Of a stretch of DNA of 64,000 nt, positions 1 to 11,895 are shown in pieces (position 1 is the first letter of the stretch; each line of letters starts with the position of its first letter). A model generated the notes under the pieces. That model had not been told where the DNA came from and ran no database searches. It saw nothing but the letters and a program-made list of their open reading frames with translations. Where the stretch lies: the NCBI RefSeq assembly GCF_020745735.1, contig NC_083409.1:17504341-17568340 (forward strand), written 5' to 3'. Made by a program: the position numbers and the translations under genes. The stretch comes from Hemiscyllium ocellatum. Taxonomy: Eukaryota.

Positions 1-444
1 CTATAGACAAATATCCTTCGGACAAAAACGGAGATTGGCTCCCAGGTAACTGATCAGCTGGGGCTGTATACAAGTGAATTGAGAAATCACCAGATCTCCA
101 CAAGTTAAGGATCTGTCTCTGCAGTAAAAAGCCTGAAGAAAACCAGCTTCTTTTCCCTTCAGCACTTGCTATAAGCTGTGGCTATTAATTGATAAGTTAC
201 AGACTTGTACACGTGTGAACTAGTCACTCTGTGCCTCCTGAAAACCAATGGAAGCATCTGGAGAAGGAAGATCAAGGAACAGCATTCTGATCAGCACAAG
301 GATTATCTCAGAAAAAGCCATCAATAGGTCCATGGAAGTACGTTCCCAGTCTTTCTCTTTATGCAAAACACACAGTGCACTTTGTCCAGTCTTTCTGTCT
401 GTGTATGTGTAATGAGGAATGCATGTGGAAGGGCTTGTTAGTTT
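1..444 (-). repeat. Inverted copy of 12013-12450 (unclassified, possibly LTR-type repeat lying in the last CEP350 intron)
   Basis: Positions 1-444 are the reverse complement of 12013-12450 at roughly 94% identity by eye; the match is cut off by a CR1 at 445. Confidence 0.9.
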
Positions 445-3052
445 GAGGAGGGTCTGCCTACTGAGTCAGTATGGGTGGAAATTAGGAACAGCAAGGGAGC
501 AGTCACCTCATTAAGGGTTTACTACAGGCCCTACAATAGCAGCAGGGAGATTGAAGAAAACATAGGTCAGCAGATTTTGGAAAAGTGTGAATGTAGTCGG
601 GTTGTTGTAATGGGTGACTTTAACTTTCCCAATATTGATTGGAACCTCCTTTGAGCAGATGGTTTGGAAGGAGCTGTTTTTGTAAGATGTGTTCAGGAGG
701 GTTTCCTAACTCAGTACATTGACAGGCTGACGAGGGGAGAGGCTATTTTGTATTTGGTGCTCGGCAATGAGCCGGGGCAGGTGTCAGATCTTGTGGTGGG
801 AGAGCATTTTGGTGATAGTGACCACAACCGCCTCACATTCTACATAGCTATGGAGAAGGAGAGAAGCAGGCACAATGTGAGGATATTTAATTGAGGAAAA
901 GGAAACTATGATGCTATCAGACTTGAGTTGGGAAGCATGGACTGGGAGCGATTGTTCCATGGAAAGGGCACTATAGACATGTGGAGACTGTTTAAGGAAC
1001 AGTTGTTGCGAGTGATGCATAAATGTGTTCCTCTGAGACAGGCAAGAAGGGCTAAGATAAAGAAACCTTGGATGACGAGAGCGGGGGAGGTTTTCGTCAA
1101 AAGAAAGAAGGCAGCTTACGGAAAGTGGACGAAGCTAGGGTCTCGCTCAGCTCTAGACGATTACAGGCAGGCGAGGAAGGAGCTCTAAAATGGTCTGAGG
1201 AGAGCCAGGAGGGGGCACGAAAAAGGCTTGGCAGGAAATATTAGGGAGAATCCAACGGCATTTTACACATATGTGAGGAATAAGAGAATGATCAAAGAAA
1301 GAGTAGGGCCGATCAGGGATAGCATAGGGAACTTGTGTATTGATTCCGAGGAGGTAGGGAAAGACCTAACTGGGTTTTTTGCTTCTGTTTTTACTGAAGA
1401 AAAGATTCTTGTAGTGAATGAAACCATTGAGGAGCAGGTAAGCATGCTGGAACGGATAGAGATTGAGGAAGCTGATGTGCTGAAAATTTTGACAAACATT
1501 AAAATTGACAAGTCACCAGGGCCAGACCAGGTTTATCCTCGGCTGCTTTGGAAGCGAGAAATGTGATTGCTTCACCGATTGCGAAGATCTTTGCATCCTC
1601 GCTCTCCACCGGAATCATACCTGGAACTGGAGGGAGGCAAACGTAATTTCTCTCTTCAAGAAAGGAAATAGGGAAATCCCCAGCAATTATAGACTAGTCA
1701 GTCTCACGTCTGTCGTCTTCAAGGTGTTAGAAAGGATTCTGAGGGATAGGATTTATGATCATCTGGAAGAGCATGGCTTGAATAAATGCAGTCAGCTCGG
1801 CTTTGTGAGCTGCAGGTCATACCTCACGAATCTTATTGAGTTCTTTAAGGATGTTACTAGACAAGTTGATGAGGGTCAAGTGGTGGATGTGATGTATATG
1901 GACTTCAGCAAGACATTTGATAAGATTCCCCATGGTAGGCTAGTTCAGAAGGTCATACAGGGAAGTTTAACTGTCTGGATACAGAATTGGCTGGTCGATA
2001 GAAGACAGTGAGTGGTAGTGGATGGAAAGTATTCTGCCTGGAAGTCAGTGGTGAGTGGTGTTCCACAGGGCTCTGTTCTTGGGCCTCTACTCTTTGTAAT
2101 TTTCATTAATGACTTGGATGAGGAGATTGAAGGATGGGTTAGCAAGTTTGCAGATGACACAAAGATTGGAGTTGTCATTGACAGTATAGAGGACAGTTGT
2201 AGGCTGCAGCGTGACATTGACAGGATGCAGAGATGGGCTGAGAGGTGGCAGATGGAGTTCAAACTTGATAAATGTGAAGTGATGCATTTTGGAAGGTCGA
2301 ATTTGAAAGTTGAGTACAGGATTAAAGACATGATTATTGGCAGTGTGGAGGAACAGCGGGATCTTGGTGTGCAGGTACATAGATCCCCTAAAAGTGCCAC
2401 CCAAGTGGACAGGGTTGTTAAGAAAGCATATGGTGTTTTGGCTTTCATTAACAGGGGGATTGAGTTTAAGAGCCATGAGATCTTGTTGCAGCTCGAAAAA
2501 ACTTTGGTTAGTCCACACTTGGAATATTGTGTCCAGTTCTGGTCGCCCTATTGTAGGAAAGATGTGGATGCTTTGGAGAGGGTTCAGAGGAGGTTTTCCA
2601 GGACACTGCCTGGAATGGAGGGCTTATCTTATGAAGCGAGTTTCACTGAGTTCGGACTTTTATCATTGGAAAAAAGATGGAAGAGAGGGGGCCTAACTGA
2701 GGTGTGCAAGATAATGAGAGGCATTGATAGAGTTTATAGCCAGAGACTTTTTCCCAGGGCAGAAACTGTTAACACGAGGGGTCATAGCTTTAAGCTGTTT
2801 GGCGGCAAGTGTATAGAGGGGATGTCAAGGTGGATTCTTTACGCAGAGTTATGAGAACATGGAATGAATAACCAGCAGCAGTTGTGAAAGCGAGGTCATT
2901 GGGGATATTTAAGAGACTGCTGGACATGCATATGGTCACAGATATTTGAGAGTTCGTACATTAGGTTCAGCTCACATGAGGATCAATAGTTGGCACAACA
3001 TTGTGGGCTGAAGGGCCTGTTCTGTGCTGTACTGTTCTATGTTCTATGTTCT
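445..3052 (+). mobile_element. CR1 LINE, 5'-truncated ORF2 (endonuclease + RT) with (TTCTATG)n tail
   Basis: ORF pieces SDHNRLTF, GVPQGSVLGPLLFVIFINDLD, KFADDTK and HLEYCVQFWSP; several frameshifts and stops; tail ttctatgttctatgttcta. Confidence 0.95.
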
Positions 3053-6000
3053 AAGCACGCCAACTCGTACTTTTACCAGCCGTTTTACTGTCCATCTTTA
3101 ATTGTCACGGACAAGGTGCTGCTAAGATGAGTTCTTGAACCCCTGCAGTCCGTGTGCGGTAGGTAGACCCACAATGCCTTTAGGAATGGAATTCCAGGAT
3201 TCTGACCCAGTGATGATGGAGGAACAGTGTTATATTTCCAAATCAAACTGGTGAATGACTTGGAGGGGATCTTGCTGCAGTGACATTCCCATGTATTTGC
3301 TGCCCTTGTCCTTGATTTAAGTGGTCGTGGGTTTGGAAGCTGTTGTCGAAGGATCTTTGGTGAATCTCTGCAGTGCATCTTGTAAATCGTACACACAGCT
3401 GTTACTGAGCGTCGGTGTGGGGGGACTGGATGTGTGTGGATGTGGTGCTGATCAAGCAGGCTAAACTTTTTTTCATCAAAATTTAAATAAAATAATATAA
3501 AACAACATAAAATTAAATAAAATATAATTTTGCTGCCATTTTGATAAAACATCACTGAACCCAAAAAGCTAACTCCTCCTCTCCCCACAGAGGCTGCACC
3601 TGTTCCCTTTCTCCAGCATCGCGCTTCTATTTGAGATTTGCAGTATTTTGTTTATGTATCTGTTTTAATACCATTGGTTATAACAGAAGCATTGGTCAGC
3701 ACACTGGGGAGATTTTCCCTGAGATGGTCACAAAGCCCTTATATTCACATCGACCTGAGAGGGCAGTGGTTTAACCGATCATCCAGCAGATGGCGTCTTT
3801 ACCTTTGCCAGCCTCAGGATAGTGCTCCAGTGTCTGGAGTGGGGCTTGAAACCTGCAGGTTCAGGTGACGCTGTTATCACTGAACCCATCTATTCTTTTC
3901 TGGGATGTGGCTGTCACTGGCAAGACCAGCATTTGTTCTCCATCCCTAACTGCCCTGAAACTGAGTGGCTTGCTCGGCCTTTCAAATGGCAGGTAAGGGT
4001 CAGCCACATTGCTGGAGTCCTGGCAGAGTCAGACATCTACAACAGGTCTACACGATCAAGGCCCTTTGGCCCATTGAGCCAAAGCCAGTCAAACATCCAC
4101 CTCACTATTCTAATTCCATGTTCCAGCACTTGGCCTGTAGCCCTGTATACCTTGGCATCACAACTGCACATTGAAACACTTCAATGTTATGGGAGGGTTT
4201 CTGCCTCAACCACCTCTCCAGGCAGTGAGTCCCAGACTGTCACCACCCTCTGGGTGAAAATGTGTTTCCTTATGTTCCCTCTTAACCTTCGGCCATTTAT
4301 CTTTAATCTATACACCTCCGATCATTGATTATAATATGACCCCATGTCACCAAGTGTCCCTTTATTGACACATGAACAGTCCTTGACTGTAATGCCTCAG
4401 AGAGACTCAGGCACCGGAGGCTCGCGGTCTCTGACACTCAGCCTGTTTATGTCAGTGAGGATTCTCCCGGTTATATCTGAGTAATGATTTGAGTTTTCAT
4501 TGTGATACCCAGTTGGGAATTTCAATGTCACCGAATCTTCCACACACACACACCTATCTTGATGCCCACCCTTCTTCCCATTTTCTTCTCCACTCTCGGT
4601 TGATTCCTTTCAGTAGAGTCTGTGATAATCCCACGGAGGATGTGCATGAGAAACTGCCACAGAGAATCTCCCAGCCTTTCAACAGAAGGAAGGCCAATGT
4701 TTGCAGCAAGCCTGGACTGTGCCCTTGTGTACTTTGTCTGAAGGATTCCATGTGATCTGTCAGCCTCCCTCACAGTCTGATAACCATCTCGGACATTGGA
4801 AGGAAATGCCCAGGGTGCAGGATAACATGGCACAAAAAAACATTTGGCTGAAGCTTCAGTGTTTGCCTTCGGTGTGCATTTTCACTTGCTCACTGCTCCC
4901 CTATTGCATGAAAATGAGGAAAGAACTCTTGTTGATGCAGTTTTAAAAATCATCTCAGAATATTCAAAGCTGTGAGCACAGAGCAGTCATGTTCATGGAC
5001 AAGATGTTAAGGTCCCACAGACAGTAAACAAATGACGAGACAAATCTGTTTTGGTGGTACTAGTTGAATAGTGAGCAGGACACCCGAGGGAATCTCTTCA
5101 GAATGGGATATTGTCGAGCCCCCTGAGGTGGGGGTGGGGGTGATCGGGGTGTGGTGGTGGTGGAACCTCAAATGATGGTGCCAGAGACTGTGCAATTTTC
5201 AGCAGTGCACCACAGTCTCAGCCTGGATTCTGTGTTCTCATTTCTGAGGTGGCTTTCAATCCGATGACCATTTTGATGATGAGGCAGGAACATTGCCCAT
5301 GGAGTCATGGTCAGTAACAATGTAAACTGTGTGGCTCTGAAAGCCTGAGTCAGCATCTCAGCTCGGGAGGATATCAGCTCATTCATCAAATCTGTTTCTG
5401 CCCCTCTGCAGGCTGACCAGGCTGCCGGTGCCTTTCCAACACTCCCACGTTTCCTCTTGTGCCACAGCTCATTCTCCTGAGGGATAGTTTGCTCGGAGTC
5501 GAAAAGTGTGGTGCTGGAAAAGCACAGCAGGTCAGGCAGTTGTGCTCAGGCCGAGGACATGACCTTGTCCCTCTGTCAGATCCTCTTCAAGAAACCCATG
5601 GCTCACCACTGCCCTCTGCAGGACAGTGAGGAAGGGCAACAAGCAAGGATGGAGATGCGGACGCGAACCGTGAAGTGCTGCTCTCTGAAGTTTAGCGGGC
5701 ACGCTTTGAGAACCGTTTGTTAGATCATTGAGTATAATTCAATTTGTTGCTGATTCCAGTGCTCATCCGAAGGACACTCGACCTTTCAATCTGACAAACC
5801 GGGTTGCCTTCATTGGAAGGGGCATTGAGTGTAAGGATAAACAAGTTATGTGCAGCTTTATCGAACTTTAGTTCGGCCACACTTGGAATATTGCGCACAG
5901 TTCTGGTCACCACACGACCAGAAGGATGTGGATGCTTTGAAGATGGTGCAGAAAACGTTTACCAGGATATTGTCTGGTATGAAGGATTTTAGCTCTGAAG

Positions 6001-6563
6001 AAATGTTGGATAGACTGGGTTTGTTTTCACTGGAATGGGGGAAAATGAGGCGTGACCTGATAGAAGTTTGTAAAGTTGTGAACGCATAGGTAGAGTGGAA
6101 AATATGAGGCGTTTATTTTCCAGATTGGAGGGATCAATTATCAGGGAACAGAGGTTCAAGGTGCAGAGGTGGGGGAATTTAAAAGAGATGTGGGAGGCAA
6201 GTATTTCACACAAAGGGAGTTGAGTACCTGGAACACACTGCCAGAGGAGGGGGTGAAAGCAGACACAATAGAAGCATTCAAGAAATAACTGCACTAATGC
6301 ATGATTAGGACGGGAATGGGGGATATGAATCCTGCAGGTGAAGACAGTTTCAGTGAGGAAGGGCACAATGTGTCAGCACAGGCTTGAAGGGCCGAAGGGC
6401 CTGTTCCTGTGCTGTATTGTTCCTTGTTCTTTGATCCCTGCTGTTGAATTGGATTCTCGGGAGCCAGCTCCGTATGAAGAGCCTGTTCTCATTTTTTTGT
6501 TGGAGTTCATGGGGCAGCTGCTGCTTCCTTGCTACGTCACTGATCAAACCAACAAAGTGGGGG
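3053..6563 (+). repeat. Segmental duplication copy A (direct paralog of 18844-24395)
   Basis: Collinear match from aagcacgc.. (3053/18844) to ..tgatcaaacc (6550/24394). Hand-counted identity is about 85% over 3121-3240 and about 97% over 3571-3960. Confidence 0.93.
3700..3890 (-). mobile_element. Decayed Deu-domain/SacSINE1-like SINE (paralog at about 19480-19670)
   Basis: cacctgagagggcag..ggtttaac..catcc..agatggc..cagcctcaggatagtgctc..ctggagtggggcttgaa resembles the recalled antisense Deu-SINE consensus. Confidence 0.6.
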
Positions 6564-9500
6564 GATCCAAGATGGCGGCGACCCAGCAAGTCTGAGTCTA
6601 TAGTGCTCTTCCCAAGACTTGGGTAAAGTGGGTCACCCACCCACACCACACTCACCAAATCATTCATAATAACTGTTAAATTTAAATAGTTGCTTAGTAT
6701 TATATTTAAATCGTCTAATATTTAGTAAAAATGACCAAAGGGAAGGGAACCCGCAGCTTTCAACAAGCAGGACCCCCTCCCCCTCCCTCTCCCTCTTCAG
6801 CTGCAGCAGAGGCGTCCACAGCCGCCCCGGGGGACTTACCAACGGGAGCAAGCCTTGTGGAGATGATTGCCAAGCTGGATGCGAAGATCGATGCCTTTAT
6901 CGAGGAGTCCCGAAATCGCTGGGAATCACTCTCGGCCGCGCTGCAGAAGCGCGGCCGAGACATCCAGGAACTCGAGCGCCGAGTCAGAGGGGCGGAGTTA
7001 AAGGCCGCGACCTCTGAGACTGCAGCTCAATCGGCTGCGGATCAGATCCGGACTCTCGAGCAGCGAGTCCGGACCTTAGAAAATCATATTGACAACCTCG
7101 ATAATTGAGCTCGTTGAAAAAATATTCGGTTGCTGGGCCTTCCCGAACGGGAAGAGGAAGGCCAGCTTACAGCATTCCTGGAGCAGTGGCTGCCACAGCT
7201 TTTAAATCTGCATGCTGGATCAGGTCAGGTAAGGGTGGAATGGGCCTACCGGGTCGCAATATTTGGGCCCGGCTCAAACCAGCGCCCACGCCCGGTTCTC
7301 TTCCAGCTGCAGAGCTATAGAGAGAGGCAGATGCTCCTAGAAGCCTCAAGAAACCTTGGAAAATATCCCCAAGCCATGATCTACAAAAGGATCCAAGATC
7401 ATGCTATTTCAGGACTTTTCCCCAGCTCTAGTCTGAAAGAGGAGGGCATTCGATGAGGTGAAGAAGCGTTTAAGGGACTTAAATATTCAGTATTGCTTAC
7501 ACTATCCAGCGATGCTATGCTTTAACCACGAAGGATCCATATATAACTTCGGATCACCAGAGAAGGCTGAGGAATTCTTGGACTCTCTTAAATAAACTGT
7601 AAGAGATTGTGGATGTTGGTTTGCCTTTCCCCCCAATTTGGTCTATATCCACCCCTTCTTTTTTCTTTTTCTCTTTTTTTTAACCTCATTGTTTAATATT
7701 ATCATGGGGGGCGGGGAGAGGGAATTGATTTTCTCCCTCCCCCCCCCCCCCACCGCTTGGGTTTGTTTTCTTTCATTACTTTATGTATATATATGTTGGG
7801 GCGATTGGTTAATGTTGGTGGGGGGAGGTGGTTGCCTTATTCTATTTTACCTCTGTCTTTAGGAGCGGGGTTGTTTCTCCCCTGTTATTTTGTATTATTA
7901 TATCTAATTATTAATTGTTGAGATTGTAATTTTATAGTTATATATTTATATATGGTATTAACATTCCAAAATATATCCAGGTGTTGGTGTGGGTGGGGGT
8001 AGGGTGCTCACTGTTAACTCTAGCTTTGTATTATATTTGAATTCTCCTCATTTTATTGAGGAGCACCTGGGTCAAGGGTGGGGCATTGGTTGGGAGAGGA
8101 TAAGATGGACTTTTGGAGAGGAAGTGACGCTCCCTGGGAACAAGGGGGGAAATCTCCATTTAGGTATGTTTTATATTTTTGTTATTTAGAAATAGCTTTT
8201 TATTATATTGTTGTGAGTGTATTAACGAACCTTTATTTTTGTAAATTTTATATGCTCCATGCTCGGGATGTTCCAGATAGGGTTTCCCCTCCCAAGGGGT
8301 CTCGGATCTGCCCAGATGATTGTGGTTGATCAGTCGGTTAAGTGGTGCACCTGGAAGGTCAAGGGGAGTAATTCTCCAGTCAAAAGGAAGAAAAGATTAT
8401 CAAATCTTAAGAAAGAAAGAGTTGATATAGCTCTCCTACAGGAGACACACCTGTCGGATAAAGAACACTTAAAATTACGGCAGGGTGGATTTGATCAGGC
8501 CTTTCTCTCTTCTTTTAGCTCAAAAAGCAGGGGAGTTGTTATTCTTGTTCGGAAGAATTTCCCTTTCAACATTCTAAATCAGATAAATGACGAATCTGGA
8601 CGATATATTTTGATTAAAGCCCTCGTAGATGGAGAGGAATATGGGATTCTAAATTTGTACTGCCCCCGGCACACCCCTCTAAATTTCTAACGGAAGCTTT
8701 TTCAAAATTGATGGCCTTTGGTGCCCGTCATACAATTATAGGGGGAGACTTTAATTGTATTATGGATCCGGAAATAGATAGGATTCCCAAGAGTGCTGCC
8801 GGAGTATCTCCCAGATCGAGACAATTGGCGGATCTGAATAAAGAATTAGGATTGGTAGATGTATGGAGATGTCTTCATCCACAGGGTAGAGATTTTTCTT
8901 TCTACTCTAATCCACATAAAGGTCATACAAGAATTGATATGTTTTTTGCCCCTACGTAAATTATATGGCTGGCTGGGTTCCTTTACCTGGAATCATAGAC
9001 GGCCCCTTATTAAGCTGAAGAAGCTACAGCTTCCACAGGCAAGGGGAGGATTGGACTTTCCAGACTTTAGGAAATATCAGTTAAGTTCCCTATTAAGTTA
9101 CATAGCTGATTGGCTCTTGTCTGATCCACAATCAATCTGGCTGGACATCGGGGCCTCTCAAGTAAAATACCCACTTATTAACCTCTTATTTTCAGACAAG
9201 AGGAAAATCATTACAGATCACTTTAAAAACACCATAATACTAAACACAATTAAGGCCTGGAATATAATGCGGCAAAATGAGGGTAATTTACATAAAACAT
9301 CCCCCCATGCACTGATAGTAGGGGCATGGGGATTCCAACCGGGGTTTACAGATGCCACTTTTAAACTCTGGAGATCCAAGGGTATCCCATGTTTAGGGGG
9401 CCTATTTAAAGATGGGGTCCTGATGTCCTTTGAACAGCTGCGTCAGAAATTCGGATTACCCAATGGAGACCTCTTTCGATACTTCCAAATTCGAGATTAT

Positions 9501-10311
9501 ATACAGAAGAAGACTACGTTAATAGATAGTCTTTATAAATCAGATAGAGAATGTAATGTCCTACGACCATTTGTGGTATCATCCGTCAGTACTATTTATC
9601 ATTTACTACATGATGAAGTGTCGGGAGATATGGACAATCTGCTTAAAACATGGGATCAGGATTTGGGACTAGAAATCTCTATAGAAACGTGGAATGATAT
9701 TTGGGAAAATGCTAGAAGAATTACTATCTGTAACAGAACCCAGGCTATCCAGCTGAAGATACTTCATAGGGCCCATATAGCAAAGGCTCGATTGGCAAAA
9801 TTTAAGGCAGGAGCATCTCCAATGTGTCCCAAATGCAAAATAGAGGTGGGCACTCTTGTACATTGCCTATGGACTTGTCATAAGATCCGTAGATATTGGA
9901 CTAAAGTGACAGAAATTTTAGGAACGGAAATTAGAGTGGACCCTATATCTCTCCTTTTGGGCTTTTCGAACTTTTCCTCCCTGGATACGCACGGGAAGAG
10001 ACTATTTTCTATTCTCTCTTTCTGTGCAAGGAAAAATATTTTGGTGAACTGGGTGGCTGAGGGCTCCCCTGGAATTTCAAATTGGCACAGATTAATTATG
10101 GAATGTATTCCCCTTGACTTCCTTACAAATATGGTGCACCGAAAGACTGAATTATTTTATAAAATATGGCAGCCCTTTTTGAATTACATAAATGCAGATA
10201 TTTCGGCCATCCTAAAAAGGGCCTTTATTTAGTGAAGATTACAAACCTGGCTGCTCCGGGGCCCCTTGGGAGAGGAATCCCGCACGAATACGGGTTTTAT
10301 TACATTTGATG
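6558..10311 (+). mobile_element. L1-clade LINE with ORF1, endonuclease and C-terminal zinc domain but no RT
   Basis: 5' gggatccaagatggcggcg. ORF1 6731-7595 (coiled coil, then DN*AR*KNIRLLGLPE; two stops and a frameshift). APE from about 8316 (VDIALLQETHL, IIGGDFNCIMDP, RIDMFF) joins directly at about 8955 to the post-RT region (LQLPQARGGLDFPDF...CPKCKIEVGTLVHCLWTC). Runs into the gap. Confidence 0.9.
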
Positions 10312-10811
10312 NNNNNNNNNNNNNNNNNNNNNNNNNNNNNNNNNNNNNNNNNNNNNNNNNNNNNNNNNNNNNNNNNNNNNNNNNNNNNNNNNNNNNNNNN
10401 NNNNNNNNNNNNNNNNNNNNNNNNNNNNNNNNNNNNNNNNNNNNNNNNNNNNNNNNNNNNNNNNNNNNNNNNNNNNNNNNNNNNNNNNNNNNNNNNNNNN
10501 NNNNNNNNNNNNNNNNNNNNNNNNNNNNNNNNNNNNNNNNNNNNNNNNNNNNNNNNNNNNNNNNNNNNNNNNNNNNNNNNNNNNNNNNNNNNNNNNNNNN
10601 NNNNNNNNNNNNNNNNNNNNNNNNNNNNNNNNNNNNNNNNNNNNNNNNNNNNNNNNNNNNNNNNNNNNNNNNNNNNNNNNNNNNNNNNNNNNNNNNNNNN
10701 NNNNNNNNNNNNNNNNNNNNNNNNNNNNNNNNNNNNNNNNNNNNNNNNNNNNNNNNNNNNNNNNNNNNNNNNNNNNNNNNNNNNNNNNNNNNNNNNNNNN
10801 NNNNNNNNNNN
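10312..10811. other. Assembly gap (500 N)
   Basis: Exactly 500 N; a round size typical of a scaffolding gap of unknown length. Confidence 0.99.
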
Positions 10812-11295
10812 TCCCACAGCGCTGATCTTCAGTTGGCTGCCTACAGTCGATTAAAGGCAGAACATTATTGGAATTTGACGAAGCAGAGGCTTCTTCGAAG
10901 ATGCTGTAGGCAAAGTGCTGAACCATGTAATGCAGTGAATAATTCATCATTTCTCAGCCAAGGTCTTAGGCAAAGGAACATTTCAAACCTTCTTTCAATT
11001 TGGGAGCATCGCATGTTACCTTAAAGTTGTATTGTCTGTGCTTTTGGATCTCACTAATGTTATTCATTTCAGTTATAATTAAGTTTTAAAGCATTTAGCA
11101 GATTTTTGTTTCATTGAACATGCTTTGAGTTCCATCCAATTTTACATAATTCTGAATGGGGGAAGAATCAGAAGGTCGAAGCATCAAAGTCTTTGTTGAG
11201 CAGTTTTAGGGAAGAATAATGGATTGGGAGTGGGTTTGTCTGTGTATTTAGGGTGTGTGCAACAGCTGCCATTTCTCCTGTGCTTCTACCCACAG

Positions 11296-11418
11296 ATCTT
11301 CATTTCTAATGAAGTTTTGAAGTTATTTGGGTTGAATGAAGAGCAACATCAGAAGACGACTTGGCAGAAGTTGAAGAAATTTGGCACCAAACAACGTGAT
11401 CGGGTGGACCATATTTTG
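11296..11418 (+). CDS. CEP350: CEP350 penultimate coding exon
   Basis: tgcttctacccacag|ATC...TTG|gtaggt, 123 nt, phase 0/0. Encodes IFISNEVLKLFGLNEEQHQKTTWQKLKKFGTKQRDRVDHIL, matching the recalled human CEP350 SFIASEVLKLFSLKKEPNHKTDWQKMMKFGRKKRDRVDHIL. Confidence 0.88.
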
Positions 11419-11740
11419 GTAGGTGCTTCAGTTTAGGAACTGTTCAGTTTTATATTGTACCATTGTATCACAATTACGAAACCTCATTGTACATCTGAAT
11501 TTTCTATTATTTTAAATGACAAAGGCTTTATCTGTCTTTGGCTGACCTGTCTGGCTATCCTGCATTTGTCCAGAAAATGCTTCAACTTTCTGACTGAATT
11601 GAAAACTTGGCCCTCACTGGAGTAATTTGCTGAAATTCATTAGTTGCCACAAAAGTTTCAAAGAAATTCAGAAGTACATTGAATTCCTCACTCACCTAAT
11701 GAAAGCAAATTACTGCAGATGCAGGAATCTGAAACCAAAA

Positions 11741-11876
11741 GAGAAAATGCTGGAAAATCTCAGTAGGTCTGGCAGCATCTGTAAGGAGAGAAAAGAGTCA
11801 GTTAGACTCGAAATGTCAGCTCTTTTCTCTCCTTACAGATGCTGCCAGACCTGCTGAGGTTGTCCAGCATTTTCTC
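11741..11876. repeat. Penelope-derived inverted repeat (57-bp arms)
   Basis: Arms 11741-11797 and 11820-11876 differ at 3 positions; the loop holds gactcgaaatgtc, a hammerhead-end relic. Confidence 0.8.
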
Positions 11877-11895
11877 TTTTAGTTCCTCACTTACC

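Noticed and set aside
5168-5389. Matching 73-aa minus-strand ORFs at 5168-5389 and 21559-21780
   Set aside because: Shared openness is explained by the duplication; no recognisable domain or splice structure.
10239-11024. ORFs containing X runs
   Set aside because: Artefacts of translating the N gap.
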